A stretch of 64,000 nucleotides of DNA from an uncultured Rhizobium sp. (lineage in GTDB: Bacteria > Bacteroidota > Bacteroidia > NS11-12g > UBA955), in the NCBI GenBank assembly GCA_964645755.1, contig CAZYBT010000001.1, positions 25,307 to 89,306 on the forward strand, given 5' to 3'. The notes beneath the pieces were generated by a model, which worked only from the letters and a program-made list of their open reading frames with translations, ran no database searches and was not told where the DNA came from. Shown here piece after piece: positions 9,387 through 19,140 of this stretch. A program made the position numbers and the translations under genes. How positions within the stretch are numbered: position 1 is the first letter of the stretch; each line of letters begins with the position of its first letter.

Positions 9387-10286
9387 TTGCAAAAAATAGC
9401 AATTACAGGAGGAACTGGATTTGTAGGATCTAATCTTACAAATTGGTTTTTAATTTCGGGTTACGAAGTTCACCTAATTTTAAGAGAGAACAGTGATTTA
9501 AGCAAAGTTGATACTTCAAATAAAGGGTTGAAAGTTTTTTTCTATAAAAATAACATCGATGAATTACAAGCTTTTTTGATGTCTAACAAACCAAGTTGTG
9601 TGATACATTTGGCATCAAGATTTATTGCAGAACACGAATCACACCAAATTGATGAATTGATTCAAAGTAATATATTATTTGGTTGTCAGCTGCTAGAAGC
9701 AATGCATAGAGCGGGGATTAAATGTTTTATTAATACAGGAACTTCTTGGCAACATTTCCAGAATTCCTCATTCAATCCGGTGAGTTTATATGCAGCCACA
9801 AAACAATCCTATGAAGCATTGATTGATTACTATGTAAGAGCTGAGAATTTTAAAGTAATCACATTAAAGTTATTTGATACATATGGTGAAAATGATGAGA
9901 GGCCAAAACTCATCAACTTGCTTTATCAATTTGCAAAAAATAGAAGTGAACTGAGTTTAACTCCTGGTGATCAAAAAATGAATCTTGTTCATATCACTGA
10001 TGTATGTTGTGCATATTCAAAAGCTTTGGATTTGGTATTGAATAAAAGAAAATCTTGCCATTTAAAATATAAGGTTGCTAGTCCAAATGCTTATTCTATA
10101 AAAGAGATCATAATACTCTTTGAATCATTGTCAGGAATGAAGATCAATGTTGTATGGGGTGGTAAACCATATAGAAAAAGGGAAGTAATGGAGCCTTGGA
10201 ATGGTGGAGTTTTGCTTCCAAATTGGTCTGCGAAAATAACTTTACATGAGGGGCTATTACGTTATATTACGAAACACAACCCATGA
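9387..10286 (+). CDS. NAD(P)-dependent epimerase/dehydratase-family SDR. Likely a CDP-4-keto-dideoxyhexose reductase (CDP-abequose/paratose/ascarylose synthase-like).
   Basis: ITGGTGFVGSNL Rossmann motif. 299 aa, the same size as RfbJ/RfbS. YxxxK present (YAATKQSYE). Confidence 0.7.
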   Translation: MQKIAITGGTGFVGSNLTNWFLISGYEVHLILRENSDLSKVDTSNKGLKVFFYKNNIDELQAFLMSNKPSCVIHLASRFIAEHESHQIDELIQSNILFGCQLLEAMHRAGIKCFINTGTSWQHFQNSSFNPVSLYAATKQSYEALIDYYVRAENFKVITLKLFDTYGENDERPKLINLLYQFAKNRSELSLTPGDQKMNLVHITDVCCAYSKALDLVLNKRKSCHLKYKVASPNAYSIKEIIILFESLSGMKINVVWGGKPYRKREVMEPWNGGVLLPNWSAKITLHEGLLRYITKHNP

Positions 10287-11203
10287 GTAAAATAACCATT
10301 TGCATACCTGTTTATGAAAGGTATAATTATTTTGAAACAGCGATACAATCTGCTTTAAATCAAACAGTTAAATGTGAAATTTTGGTTTCTGACAATGCTT
10401 CCTCGCATTATAAATTTAGAGATTATTGTGAGTTAAATAATATTCAATATTCTCGAAACGAAAATAATCTTGGTGTATTTGCAAATTGGAATAAATGCAT
10501 TGAGTTAGCAAGAACTGAATTTGCAATTATTCTTTCTGATGACGATATCTTAAAACCAACATATGTTGAAGAGTTCATTCAAGCTTTAAGCGAATTCCCG
10601 GATATTGATTTATATTACACGAATTTCGATATATATGATTTCGGATTAAAAAAATTACTATCACACAATCATAATATTCCATTTGGTTACTATGAAAATA
10701 ATCTGGAGGTTCTGAAATATGGGGCTGATTTTGGTTTGTCATTTCCAATTTTTACTTCTGCAATTAAAAGGGCTAAGTTTGACGGATTTCAAGAAAAATT
10801 TCATTCATGCTCAGATTGGATTTGGATGTATTCCGAGGTTCGAAAAATTAATCTTTATGGAAACAATCAAATTTTGGTAACTCGGGGAAATCATGATAAC
10901 AATGATTCCAAAAATAGCGAAACTTCAGTGAGGGCACTCATTGGTATGTCATATATATATGGTTTTAGGTTGAGAGAGATATTTAGAAATAATGATTATT
11001 TAAAAAATAAAAGTATATTAAAGGCATACAGTGTTATTATTAATTTGTTTGCGTATAATGAAAATGCTAAAATTGAATATATTTTAGAGAATCAATATAA
11101 TATTTACGGTGATATGGTGCAGAAAAATTATTTTATAAAATTTGTACCAAAAGTAATGTTGAGGTTAATCTACAAACTGTTTTTTAGACGTTATTTTGGA
11201 TAA
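10283..11203 (+). CDS. Family 2 glycosyltransferase.
   Basis: ITICIPVYERYNYFETAIQSALNQT…ILVSDNAS…DDD signature of GT-A/GT2 enzymes. Confidence 0.75.
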   Translation: MSKITICIPVYERYNYFETAIQSALNQTVKCEILVSDNASSHYKFRDYCELNNIQYSRNENNLGVFANWNKCIELARTEFAIILSDDDILKPTYVEEFIQALSEFPDIDLYYTNFDIYDFGLKKLLSHNHNIPFGYYENNLEVLKYGADFGLSFPIFTSAIKRAKFDGFQEKFHSCSDWIWMYSEVRKINLYGNNQILVTRGNHDNNDSKNSETSVRALIGMSYIYGFRLREIFRNNDYLKNKSILKAYSVIINLFAYNENAKIEYILENQYNIYGDMVQKNYFIKFVPKVMLRLIYKLFFRRYFG

Positions 11204-12497
11204 AAATTCAATTTTCAAGCAGCAAGTGTTTTGGTCATTGATTATCCGTGGTGGTGGTATAATGATCACATTGATTCAGGTGCCGCTTTTATTGGATATT
11301 ATGCAACAAGAGAAATATGGGGTATGGTTGACTTTACTAAATGTTGTAAATTGGATCTCTGTTTTTGATTTGGGAATAACAAATGGTTTAAGAAACAAGC
11401 TTTCTGAACTTTACATTAACCAAAATCAGAATGATGCAAGGAAGTACATATTCAATGTTTTTTCATTTTTATTTTTATTTTTCTTATTGATTTTCATAAT
11501 TTTTAAATTATTTGAAACACAATTGAATTTTCAGAGTCTATTCAATACGAAAAAAATTTCTGAGAACCAACTTTCTAATATTTTCAACATCGTTTTTAGT
11601 GGTATTATTTTTAGATTTATTTTTCAAATACCGGTGGTTTTAGAAACAGCTAAAGGATATACTCATGTTTCAAATGCATTGTTACTCACAGGTAATATTT
11701 TAGGCATTATTTTCTTGTATATTAGAAGTGTTTTATCGTCTGAAATGATTGAATTAAGTACAGTTGGTTTTTCTGTAGTATGGATTCCCAATATTCTTTA
11801 TTTAATATACTTTTTATGGTTTATTTTCCATGATAATCGTATTTTTATGCCAAGATGGAGTGAGTTTGATTTGCCATTTATCAAACCACTGATGAAAATT
11901 AGTTTTCATTTCTTTCTAATTCAATTAACTGCATTGATCATTTTCGCGAGTATTCCATTTATTCTATCGCAACTTTTAAATCCATCTCATGCAACTGAGT
12001 ACAATTTGGCGAACAGTATTTTCAATATCCCCTTACTTGTAATGGGTGTATTGTGCAATCCAATTACTCCCTTAGTAACTCAAGCATTTGTTCAATCCGA
12101 CAAAAAATGGTTAAGGCAAATTTTAAGAAAATTCAATTTCTATGCCTTAATACTCATCTCAATTACATGGATTTTGTTCTTATTTTCGCAATCGATCTAT
12201 GGCCTTTGGATTGGCAATAAAGTTTCAATAAATGGAGGTTTAGTATTTTGGATTGCGATTTATACATCGGTCAATTTATTTTTGCAGCCTTACACCAATA
12301 TTTACAACGGAATTGGTAAACTTGGCGTTGTTGCTTTTTTGTCGCCTATAGGTGTATGCATTTTTTTATTTTCTGCTTACTATTTAACAAATTTTTTTAA
12401 TAATTCGACAGGGGTTGTAATGGGGTTAATTTTATCATCTTTAATTGGATTAATTTACATCCCTGTAAAAGTGTTCAAGGAAATTCGAAATTTGTAA
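11196..12497 (+). CDS. wzx: Wzx-type oligosaccharide-unit flippase (MOP superfamily polysaccharide biosynthesis protein).
   Basis: 433 aa with about 12 TM segments. N-terminal amphipathic stretch with conserved G/N/R residues typical of PST-family flippases. Located between GT genes. Confidence 0.7.
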   Translation: MDKNSIFKQQVFWSLIIRGGGIMITLIQVPLLLDIMQQEKYGVWLTLLNVVNWISVFDLGITNGLRNKLSELYINQNQNDARKYIFNVFSFLFLFFLLIFIIFKLFETQLNFQSLFNTKKISENQLSNIFNIVFSGIIFRFIFQIPVVLETAKGYTHVSNALLLTGNILGIIFLYIRSVLSSEMIELSTVGFSVVWIPNILYLIYFLWFIFHDNRIFMPRWSEFDLPFIKPLMKISFHFFLIQLTALIIFASIPFILSQLLNPSHATEYNLANSIFNIPLLVMGVLCNPITPLVTQAFVQSDKKWLRQILRKFNFYALILISITWILFLFSQSIYGLWIGNKVSINGGLVFWIAIYTSVNLFLQPYTNIYNGIGKLGVVAFLSPIGVCIFLFSAYYLTNFFNNSTGVVMGLILSSLIGLIYIPVKVFKEIRNL

Positions 12498-13897
12498 TGA
12501 ACAATCTAGACATTAATAATTTATATTTTGTTGCATGGATTTCGACGTTTATTCAATTGCTGACCTTGGTGATGCAATTTGTAAAATATGGGTATAAATC
12601 TTTGTTACATCCGGGATTCTGGTTTGTAACCGTTTGGATTGGTAGTTTTTTATCTTTTATTCTTTATTTAAACATTGGATTTACGTTTATAATTTTTAAT
12701 CCTGAGGATGTAATAGAATTGATGGTATATGTTGATTTTACTTCCATTTGTCTTTTGTTTTTTGGTTGGTTTAAATCCGCTAAAATTAAAGATCATCAAA
12801 TGAATTTTAAATTTGTAATTGAAGAAAAACTCCTTAAATATTTGAGCATTATTTTGTTTTCAGTTGTACTGATTAACTGGTATAAAAGTGGATCAGACAT
12901 CGTTAGTAATAGAGCCGCCGGAAGTGCTGAAATGCTGAAAAATCAGAAAATGGTGTCTCAAATTGGGGTTGCCACATTATTATTCAATATTGCGAAGTCA
13001 GCAAATCTCGTATTGCTTACGTATACCTCTTTTAAAATCACAAAAGCCATTGTTGAGAAAAGTTTTGAGAAGATTAAATTTTATTACTATTTGCCAACGC
13101 TTACTATGATTTTAGGCACAGTGGTTTCCGGCGGTAGGGCGGGAGTAATTTATGCTTTGATTTACTTTTCAACGGGTCTATTTATTGCATTATCGACCAT
13201 GAAAAACGGTCAGTTGTATTTATTAAAAAGAATGAGCGGTTTTATGGCAATTGCATTAGTTGGATTTTCATTGTATTCTACATTGATAAATCAATTAAGA
13301 GCAGAAAGTACAGATTATGATCCTTCATTTGAGAAATGGAAAGATTATCCTGCCTTGGTACCTATCTCGGGAATTGTACAATATCTTACAGACCATTATC
13401 CCGGATATCAACTCAGAAAAGAAGACAGTGTAACGCCTGAACTGGAAATGGGTGAGAAAACATTTTCATTTATATTGTTTTTCAATATTCCATTTATTTC
13501 GCAATTGTACAATGCTCCTATTGGTCTTGCGAGTTACTACGGATTTAAACTGCCAGAAGCGGTTGAATTGGGTGCCAGAGGTCTGGAATGGGAAAATACC
13601 ACCGCCACTATTTTTCTGAATGTTTATGATGATTTTGGTTATTATGGTACCTTCATCGCAATCTTCGTCTTTTGTTTTCTTACCGAATTTGTTTTTACAA
13701 GATTTGTTCTTGCCGATAATGATAATTATCTTATTTCAATGTTCCCTTTTGCAATATTTTTATACCTTTGGACGCAATCTATTTTCTCTCATCATACAGT
13801 AGGAAGTTGGATGGGTACACTTTTTTATCAATATTTAATTTTAGATATTCTCAATTATTTATTTACACCTAGAATCTTGACTACCAAAATAGAATGA
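12497..13897 (+). CDS. wzy: Wzy-like O-unit polymerase (polytopic membrane protein).
   Basis: 466 aa, more than 10 TM segments with one larger hydrophilic loop (about residues 270-330). Follows wzx with a 1-nt overlap. Confidence 0.55.
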   Translation: MNNLDINNLYFVAWISTFIQLLTLVMQFVKYGYKSLLHPGFWFVTVWIGSFLSFILYLNIGFTFIIFNPEDVIELMVYVDFTSICLLFFGWFKSAKIKDHQMNFKFVIEEKLLKYLSIILFSVVLINWYKSGSDIVSNRAAGSAEMLKNQKMVSQIGVATLLFNIAKSANLVLLTYTSFKITKAIVEKSFEKIKFYYYLPTLTMILGTVVSGGRAGVIYALIYFSTGLFIALSTMKNGQLYLLKRMSGFMAIALVGFSLYSTLINQLRAESTDYDPSFEKWKDYPALVPISGIVQYLTDHYPGYQLRKEDSVTPELEMGEKTFSFILFFNIPFISQLYNAPIGLASYYGFKLPEAVELGARGLEWENTTATIFLNVYDDFGYYGTFIAIFVFCFLTEFVFTRFVLADNDNYLISMFPFAIFLYLWTQSIFSHHTVGSWMGTLFYQYLILDILNYLFTPRILTTKIE

Positions 13898-15156
13898 GAA
13901 TACTCTGGTTTACAAATACCCCTTGCGGTGCAATTGGTTATCTAAATCAAAGCCATGCAAGCGGTGGTTGGATGTTATCGCTTGAAAAATTGGTGAATCA
14001 GAGTTGTGAATTGCATGTTGCATTTTATCATCACCAAAAAATGGATTCTTTCTTTTATCAAAATACTTGGTATCACCCTATTTTTATTCCTCAAAATACA
14101 TTCCAAAGGTTGGTTAAACTCTTAAAAAAGAAGTTTTTATCGATTAAAAGTGTTGAATATTTGATCGACGTTATTGATAATGTTCAGCCCAATTTGATAC
14201 ATATTCATGGAAGTGAAAATGATTTTGTTAGGGTCATTGATCGAACAAATATTCCAGTTGTTTTGTCCATACAAGGTATCGCATCATCGGTTTATGCAGC
14301 TTTTAATGGAGGTTTTTCATCAGAAGTTTTGAAAAAAGTTAAAAACAGAAATATTTTATACCATTTATTTGGAATAGGTTTTTTTGAAAAAATGAATATT
14401 GACTTGTATGAGAGATCACTCATTGAAAATCAATATTTGAGTGAAATTAAATATTTCTTCGGCAGAACTCATTGGGATTTTTCTGTGAGCAGGGTTTTTG
14501 CCCCAAATTCTGAATATTTTAAGTTGAATGAAGTTTTGAGGGATTCATTTTATGAAGTTAACCCCAAAAGCAATTATGATATTGGTGATACTTTGAAGTT
14601 GTTTTCAATTTGCTCTAATACACCAAATAAAGGTTTGGATGTCATTATTGGCTGTGTGAATCAATTAAATAAATTGGGAATAAGGCATGAATGGAAATTG
14701 GCTGGGTTATCAAAGAATGACGAAATTGTGCTTTTATCATTAAATAAATTTGGAATTCAAAAGTTACCAGATTCACTTAAATTTATTGGATTTTGTGATG
14801 AGCAGAGTTTACAATCTGAAATAGTTGACGCAGACATTTTTGTATTCACTTCCTATATCGAGAATAGTCCGAATAGTTTAAGCGAAGCGATGATATTAGG
14901 ATTGCCCTGTGTGGCTTCGAATGTTGGTGGTGTTGCATCAATGATAAGTCAAAATCACTCAGGATTATTATTTGCAGCAGGTGACTATTTTATGTTAACT
15001 GGATCTATTTTATCTTTATTAGAATCACAAAAACTAAGAAATAATATTGGAACTCAGGCTAGATTATCTGCTTTGAAATTTCATGATAAAGACATGATTA
15101 TTGAACAGTTGTTTTCTTCATATAAACAAATATTAAATAGAACACGGAATGATTAA
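13894..15156 (+). CDS. GT-B fold glycosyltransferase (GT4-like).
   Basis: C-terminal EX7E-type region …SPNSLSEAMILGLPCVASNVGGVASMISQNHSGLLF. Confidence 0.7.
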   Translation: MRILWFTNTPCGAIGYLNQSHASGGWMLSLEKLVNQSCELHVAFYHHQKMDSFFYQNTWYHPIFIPQNTFQRLVKLLKKKFLSIKSVEYLIDVIDNVQPNLIHIHGSENDFVRVIDRTNIPVVLSIQGIASSVYAAFNGGFSSEVLKKVKNRNILYHLFGIGFFEKMNIDLYERSLIENQYLSEIKYFFGRTHWDFSVSRVFAPNSEYFKLNEVLRDSFYEVNPKSNYDIGDTLKLFSICSNTPNKGLDVIIGCVNQLNKLGIRHEWKLAGLSKNDEIVLLSLNKFGIQKLPDSLKFIGFCDEQSLQSEIVDADIFVFTSYIENSPNSLSEAMILGLPCVASNVGGVASMISQNHSGLLFAAGDYFMLTGSILSLLESQKLRNNIGTQARLSALKFHDKDMIIEQLFSSYKQILNRTRND

Positions 15157-15742
15157 CAGGATAATCAATCACATCAACTTCCGAAGATTACAATGGATCA
15201 AGATATGTTGTACTTTTTTCATTTACATTTTAAATCAGTTGAAGCAAATAAAAATGTTGAATGGAAATCAGTTTTATGGGTATACAAAATTTCATAAGGA
15301 ACAGCATTCTGATATTGATATTGGGAGCAATAATGTTTTTCGATCAAGTAGGTTCTCAAACCTTATTGGAATTAATCGACCCTGCATAATATCGACTTTG
15401 AATCCAAACGCAAAGTTGAAAATTGGAAATAATTGTGGTCTCAGCGGAACAGTGATCAATTGTTTTCATCATGTTTCTATTGGAAATGATGTGATGATTG
15501 GTGCAAATAGTTTGATTATGGATGGAGATTGGCATTTGGAAGATCCAAGAGCTGGTGATTCAAAATCAATCATATTAGAGGATAATGTTTGGATTGGTGA
15601 GGGTGTAAAGGTTCTAAAAGGCGTGAGAATCGGGCGAAACAGTGTAATTGGTGCAGGAAGCATTGTAACAAAAGATATTCCTCATAATGTATTCGCTGCT
15701 GGTAATCCTTGTAAAGTATTAAAGAATTTAAATGAGTCATAG
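15149..15742 (+). CDS. Left-handed beta-helix (hexapeptide-repeat) O-acetyltransferase, WbbJ/maltose-acetyltransferase-like.
   Basis: Repeating [LIV]GxxxxI hexapeptides: IGANSLIMDGD…VWIGEGVKVLKGVRIGRNSVIGAGSIVTKDIP. Confidence 0.75.
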   Translation: MINRIINHINFRRLQWIKICCTFFIYILNQLKQIKMLNGNQFYGYTKFHKEQHSDIDIGSNNVFRSSRFSNLIGINRPCIISTLNPNAKLKIGNNCGLSGTVINCFHHVSIGNDVMIGANSLIMDGDWHLEDPRAGDSKSIILEDNVWIGEGVKVLKGVRIGRNSVIGAGSIVTKDIPHNVFAAGNPCKVLKNLNES

Positions 15743-16931
15743 AAAAGGGGTGATTTTTCTACATGAAGGTACATTCCCTGACGGATATGCAATGGCATTT
15801 CGATTGAGAATGTACACTGAGATGTTGGAGAATGATTTTGATGTTAAGGTACTTGTGCCACGTTTACCAAAGTCAAATGATAATTCAAAGAAATATCAAT
15901 TGTTTACGCTTTGGAATAGAAATGTCTCTTCAAATATTTTAGTCAGGAAGTTATCTTATTACATTCAAGATTTAAAGTGGACGTACTTTTTATATCAAAA
16001 CAGAAGTCAATTCGATGTGATATTTGTGGCAGCAATGTCGATTTTTCCATTGCTCGTGATTACACTTTTTGCAAAACTTTTTTCCAAGAGATTAATTTTG
16101 GAATTAAATGAATTTCCTTATTCTAGCCAAGGTGGTAATTTTATTGATGACCTAAATGGTTATAAAAGGTACAGGAGATTTTTAACGGAAAATTTAATTT
16201 ATAAAAATTGTTTTGGGGTAATTTCTATTTCGCCCAAATTAACTCAATACATCAAAAAATTAGTGCCAAATATTAGAGTGGTTGAAATTCCAATTCTGTG
16301 TGATGTTCAGTATTTTAATTCTTTAGATAGTATAGAATCAGCTCAACCTCACAAACAAAAATACACCGTTCATGCAAGTAATTTAAGTGAATACAAGGAT
16401 GGATTTAGTACCAATTTGAAGGCAATTGGAAAATTTAATCTCGAACAAGTAAAAGAAGATGATAAAATTCATCTTTACATTACATTAGATGGAATACCTC
16501 CGCTTTTATCTCATTCAATAAATCAAATTTTAACAACTTACGACCTCCATTCTTTTGTTCATTTTATTGGTTATCAAGATGATATAAGTTTATTTAATTT
16601 GTACAAAAATGCCGCATTTCTCATCATCAACAAACCAATAAATCTTCAGAATGATTACAATTTCCCAACTAAATTATCTGAATATTTATATTTTTCAAAA
16701 GCATTATTGGTTTCTACAAACAATGCGATGGATCAGTTTCTAGAAGATTCTCAAAATTGTTTGAAGTTTGAATCTAATAACGACCAAGATTTATTAAATC
16801 TCATCAAAAAATTGCTATCTAATCAGATTCAAATGAATGGGTTGAATTTTAATGCGAGAAATACGGTAACTCAACATTTTGACTTTCGTATGAATGCCGC
16901 AAAATTAAATCTCTTCTTTCGTAACGCGTGA
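15732..16931 (+). CDS. Probable GT-B glycosyltransferase.
   Basis: 399 aa, C-terminal E…E region (FPTKLSEYLYFSKALLVSTNNAMDQFLED). Family assignment weak. Confidence 0.5.
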   Translation: MSHRKGVIFLHEGTFPDGYAMAFRLRMYTEMLENDFDVKVLVPRLPKSNDNSKKYQLFTLWNRNVSSNILVRKLSYYIQDLKWTYFLYQNRSQFDVIFVAAMSIFPLLVITLFAKLFSKRLILELNEFPYSSQGGNFIDDLNGYKRYRRFLTENLIYKNCFGVISISPKLTQYIKKLVPNIRVVEIPILCDVQYFNSLDSIESAQPHKQKYTVHASNLSEYKDGFSTNLKAIGKFNLEQVKEDDKIHLYITLDGIPPLLSHSINQILTTYDLHSFVHFIGYQDDISLFNLYKNAAFLIINKPINLQNDYNFPTKLSEYLYFSKALLVSTNNAMDQFLEDSQNCLKFESNNDQDLLNLIKKLLSNQIQMNGLNFNARNTVTQHFDFRMNAAKLNLFFRNA

Positions 16932-18034
16932 AAAAATATATTTTAAATACGATTAAAAATTTTGGTCCCAAGGTTCACTCTAAGATCGTCATTTTTGAAT
17001 CCGATGATTGGGGCTCGTTTAGAATTCCCAATAATAGTGCTTATCAAGCTCTTGAAGCAAAAGGAGTTCAATTAAAATTTCCGGGTTCAGATCAATACAA
17101 TCTTTATGATAATTTGGAGAGCACCCATGATCTCGAACTGTTATTTGAATTACTCACTTCGCATAAAGATCATCTAAACAATCCTGTTACTTTCACTCCA
17201 CTCTCGTTGGTGGCTAATCCAGATTTTAAAAAAATAAAAGAATCTGGTTACCAACATTATTTTTCCCTTAATCTGAAAGAATCATTTGACCATTATAACA
17301 AGGGTAATGTGCTTGATTTATATTTTAAAGGAATTTCAGAAGGAATTTTTCTTCCTCAATTTCATGGAAGGGAACATCTAAATGTAGCAGTTTGGATGAG
17401 AGCCTTGCAAAATAATATTGGTGATTCTAGAATAGCGTTTGAACAAGAGGTATGGGGACAAATCAACACGCATCCTAATCATATTTTTTATCAAGCGGCA
17501 TTCGATTTAGAATACCCCGGAGATATAACTTCACAAAAGGAGATCATTCAAAATGGTTTAGAATTGTTTAAAAGCACATTTGGATATAAAGCCGAATATT
17601 TTGTCCCTCCAAATGGACCAATGAACAATCAATTGTTACCAATATTGGCTCATTGTGGAATCAAATTAATTTCATCTGATACAATACAATTAGAGGTTTT
17701 GGGAAATGGTAAGACCTCTAAACATTTTCGATATATGGGAATGAAGAACAAGTTTGGACAGAGATTTATTAAGCGAAATTGCTTTTTTGAGCCTTCTGGA
17801 AGAGATAAAGATTGGGTTGATTCGTGTTTGAGGGACATTGAGTTAGCATTTAGATATGGTAAACCTGCTGTGATTAGTACGCATAGGGTAAATTATGTGG
17901 GTGATCGAAATGCCGACAATCGAGATTTTGGTTTAAAACAATTGGATAAACTCATAAAATTGATGCTTCTAAAATGGCCAGATATTGAGTTTACGAATAC
18001 GCCTAAATTATTTGATTATTTCGATAAAAATTGA
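16928..18034 (+). CDS. Divergent polysaccharide-deacetylase-like (CE4-like) protein, paralog A.
   Basis: Motifs FESDDWG (CE4 motif-1-like D-D) and QFHGREHLN (motif-2-like H-x3-H). 368 aa, cytoplasmic-looking with no signal peptide. Confidence 0.5.
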   Translation: MKKYILNTIKNFGPKVHSKIVIFESDDWGSFRIPNNSAYQALEAKGVQLKFPGSDQYNLYDNLESTHDLELLFELLTSHKDHLNNPVTFTPLSLVANPDFKKIKESGYQHYFSLNLKESFDHYNKGNVLDLYFKGISEGIFLPQFHGREHLNVAVWMRALQNNIGDSRIAFEQEVWGQINTHPNHIFYQAAFDLEYPGDITSQKEIIQNGLELFKSTFGYKAEYFVPPNGPMNNQLLPILAHCGIKLISSDTIQLEVLGNGKTSKHFRYMGMKNKFGQRFIKRNCFFEPSGRDKDWVDSCLRDIELAFRYGKPAVISTHRVNYVGDRNADNRDFGLKQLDKLIKLMLLKWPDIEFTNTPKLFDYFDKN

Positions 18035-19140
18035 AATTAATAAATAAACTTAAACAAAATTTAATTTCGATTCCTGGTACAAAGGTTAATCGAAAATTGG
18101 TAATTTTTGAGTCAGACGATTGGGGAGCAGAGAGAATTCCAGACAAATCAACGAAAGACGAACTGCTTCGTTTGGGATTGATGGATAAAAAAAACAAATT
18201 TAATTTAATCGATACTTTAGAAAGCTCTGATGATTTGATTTCACTGTATGATTTGTTGTCTAAATATAAAGATCGCAATGGTAGAACGCCTGTTATTACA
18301 ACCAATTTTTTAACGGCGAATCCGGATTTTGAACAAATTAAACGCAGTGAATTTCAAGAATATCATTACGAATCTATTGAAAAAACCTATGAAAAAAAAG
18401 CTGATAATCAGAGTGTTTTGAACTTAATTTTAGAGGGAAAACAATCTGGATTAATAAGGCCTCAATTTCATGGTAGAGAACATATTCATGTTACCCAATG
18501 GATGAGAAGGTTGAATATTGATGATTCAGTATCCCGAAAATCATTTGATTTTGGTGTTTTTTGCTTAGATGATAATGGTGGTGGACATCGTGAAAATTTA
18601 ATGGCCGCATTTGATTATCAAACTGAATCTGAGGTTGATTTAATGAATGATATTTTCATATCTGGCTATCAACAGTTCGAAAAGATTTTTGGATATAAAT
18701 CAAAATCAATGATTGCTCCATGTTACGTTTGGGGAAATAACATTGAAAAAGTTTCGAGTGATTTGGGGGTCAATTTCATTCAAGGTATATTCAATCAATA
18801 TATTCCAACATTGGGTGATGAAAAGTATCATTTAACATGGCATTTTTTGGGTGATAAAAATAAATTTGGTCAGCGCTATCTGGTGCGGAATGCATTTTTT
18901 GAAGTATTTGAAAACGATCAAATGGATTATGTAGATACATGTTTAAAGCGAATTGAAATTGCATTTAGATGGGGAAAACCTGCTATCATTGGAACGCACA
19001 GAATTAATTTTGTTGGTGGACTCGATGAAAAAAATAGAATGAATTTCCATAAGAAATTAGAAGAATTAATAAAAAAAATGTTACAAAAATGGCCGGATTT
19101 AGAATTTATTTCTACCGACCAATTAGAAAATTATCTTTGA
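18031..19140 (+). CDS. Divergent polysaccharide-deacetylase-like (CE4-like) protein, paralog B.
   Basis: Same motifs (FESDDWGAERIP; QFHGREHIHV). Collinear with the upstream paralog at roughly 35-40% identity. 369 aa. Confidence 0.5.
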   Translation: MKLINKLKQNLISIPGTKVNRKLVIFESDDWGAERIPDKSTKDELLRLGLMDKKNKFNLIDTLESSDDLISLYDLLSKYKDRNGRTPVITTNFLTANPDFEQIKRSEFQEYHYESIEKTYEKKADNQSVLNLILEGKQSGLIRPQFHGREHIHVTQWMRRLNIDDSVSRKSFDFGVFCLDDNGGGHRENLMAAFDYQTESEVDLMNDIFISGYQQFEKIFGYKSKSMIAPCYVWGNNIEKVSSDLGVNFIQGIFNQYIPTLGDEKYHLTWHFLGDKNKFGQRYLVRNAFFEVFENDQMDYVDTCLKRIEIAFRWGKPAIIGTHRINFVGGLDEKNRMNFHKKLEELIKKMLQKWPDLEFISTDQLENYL

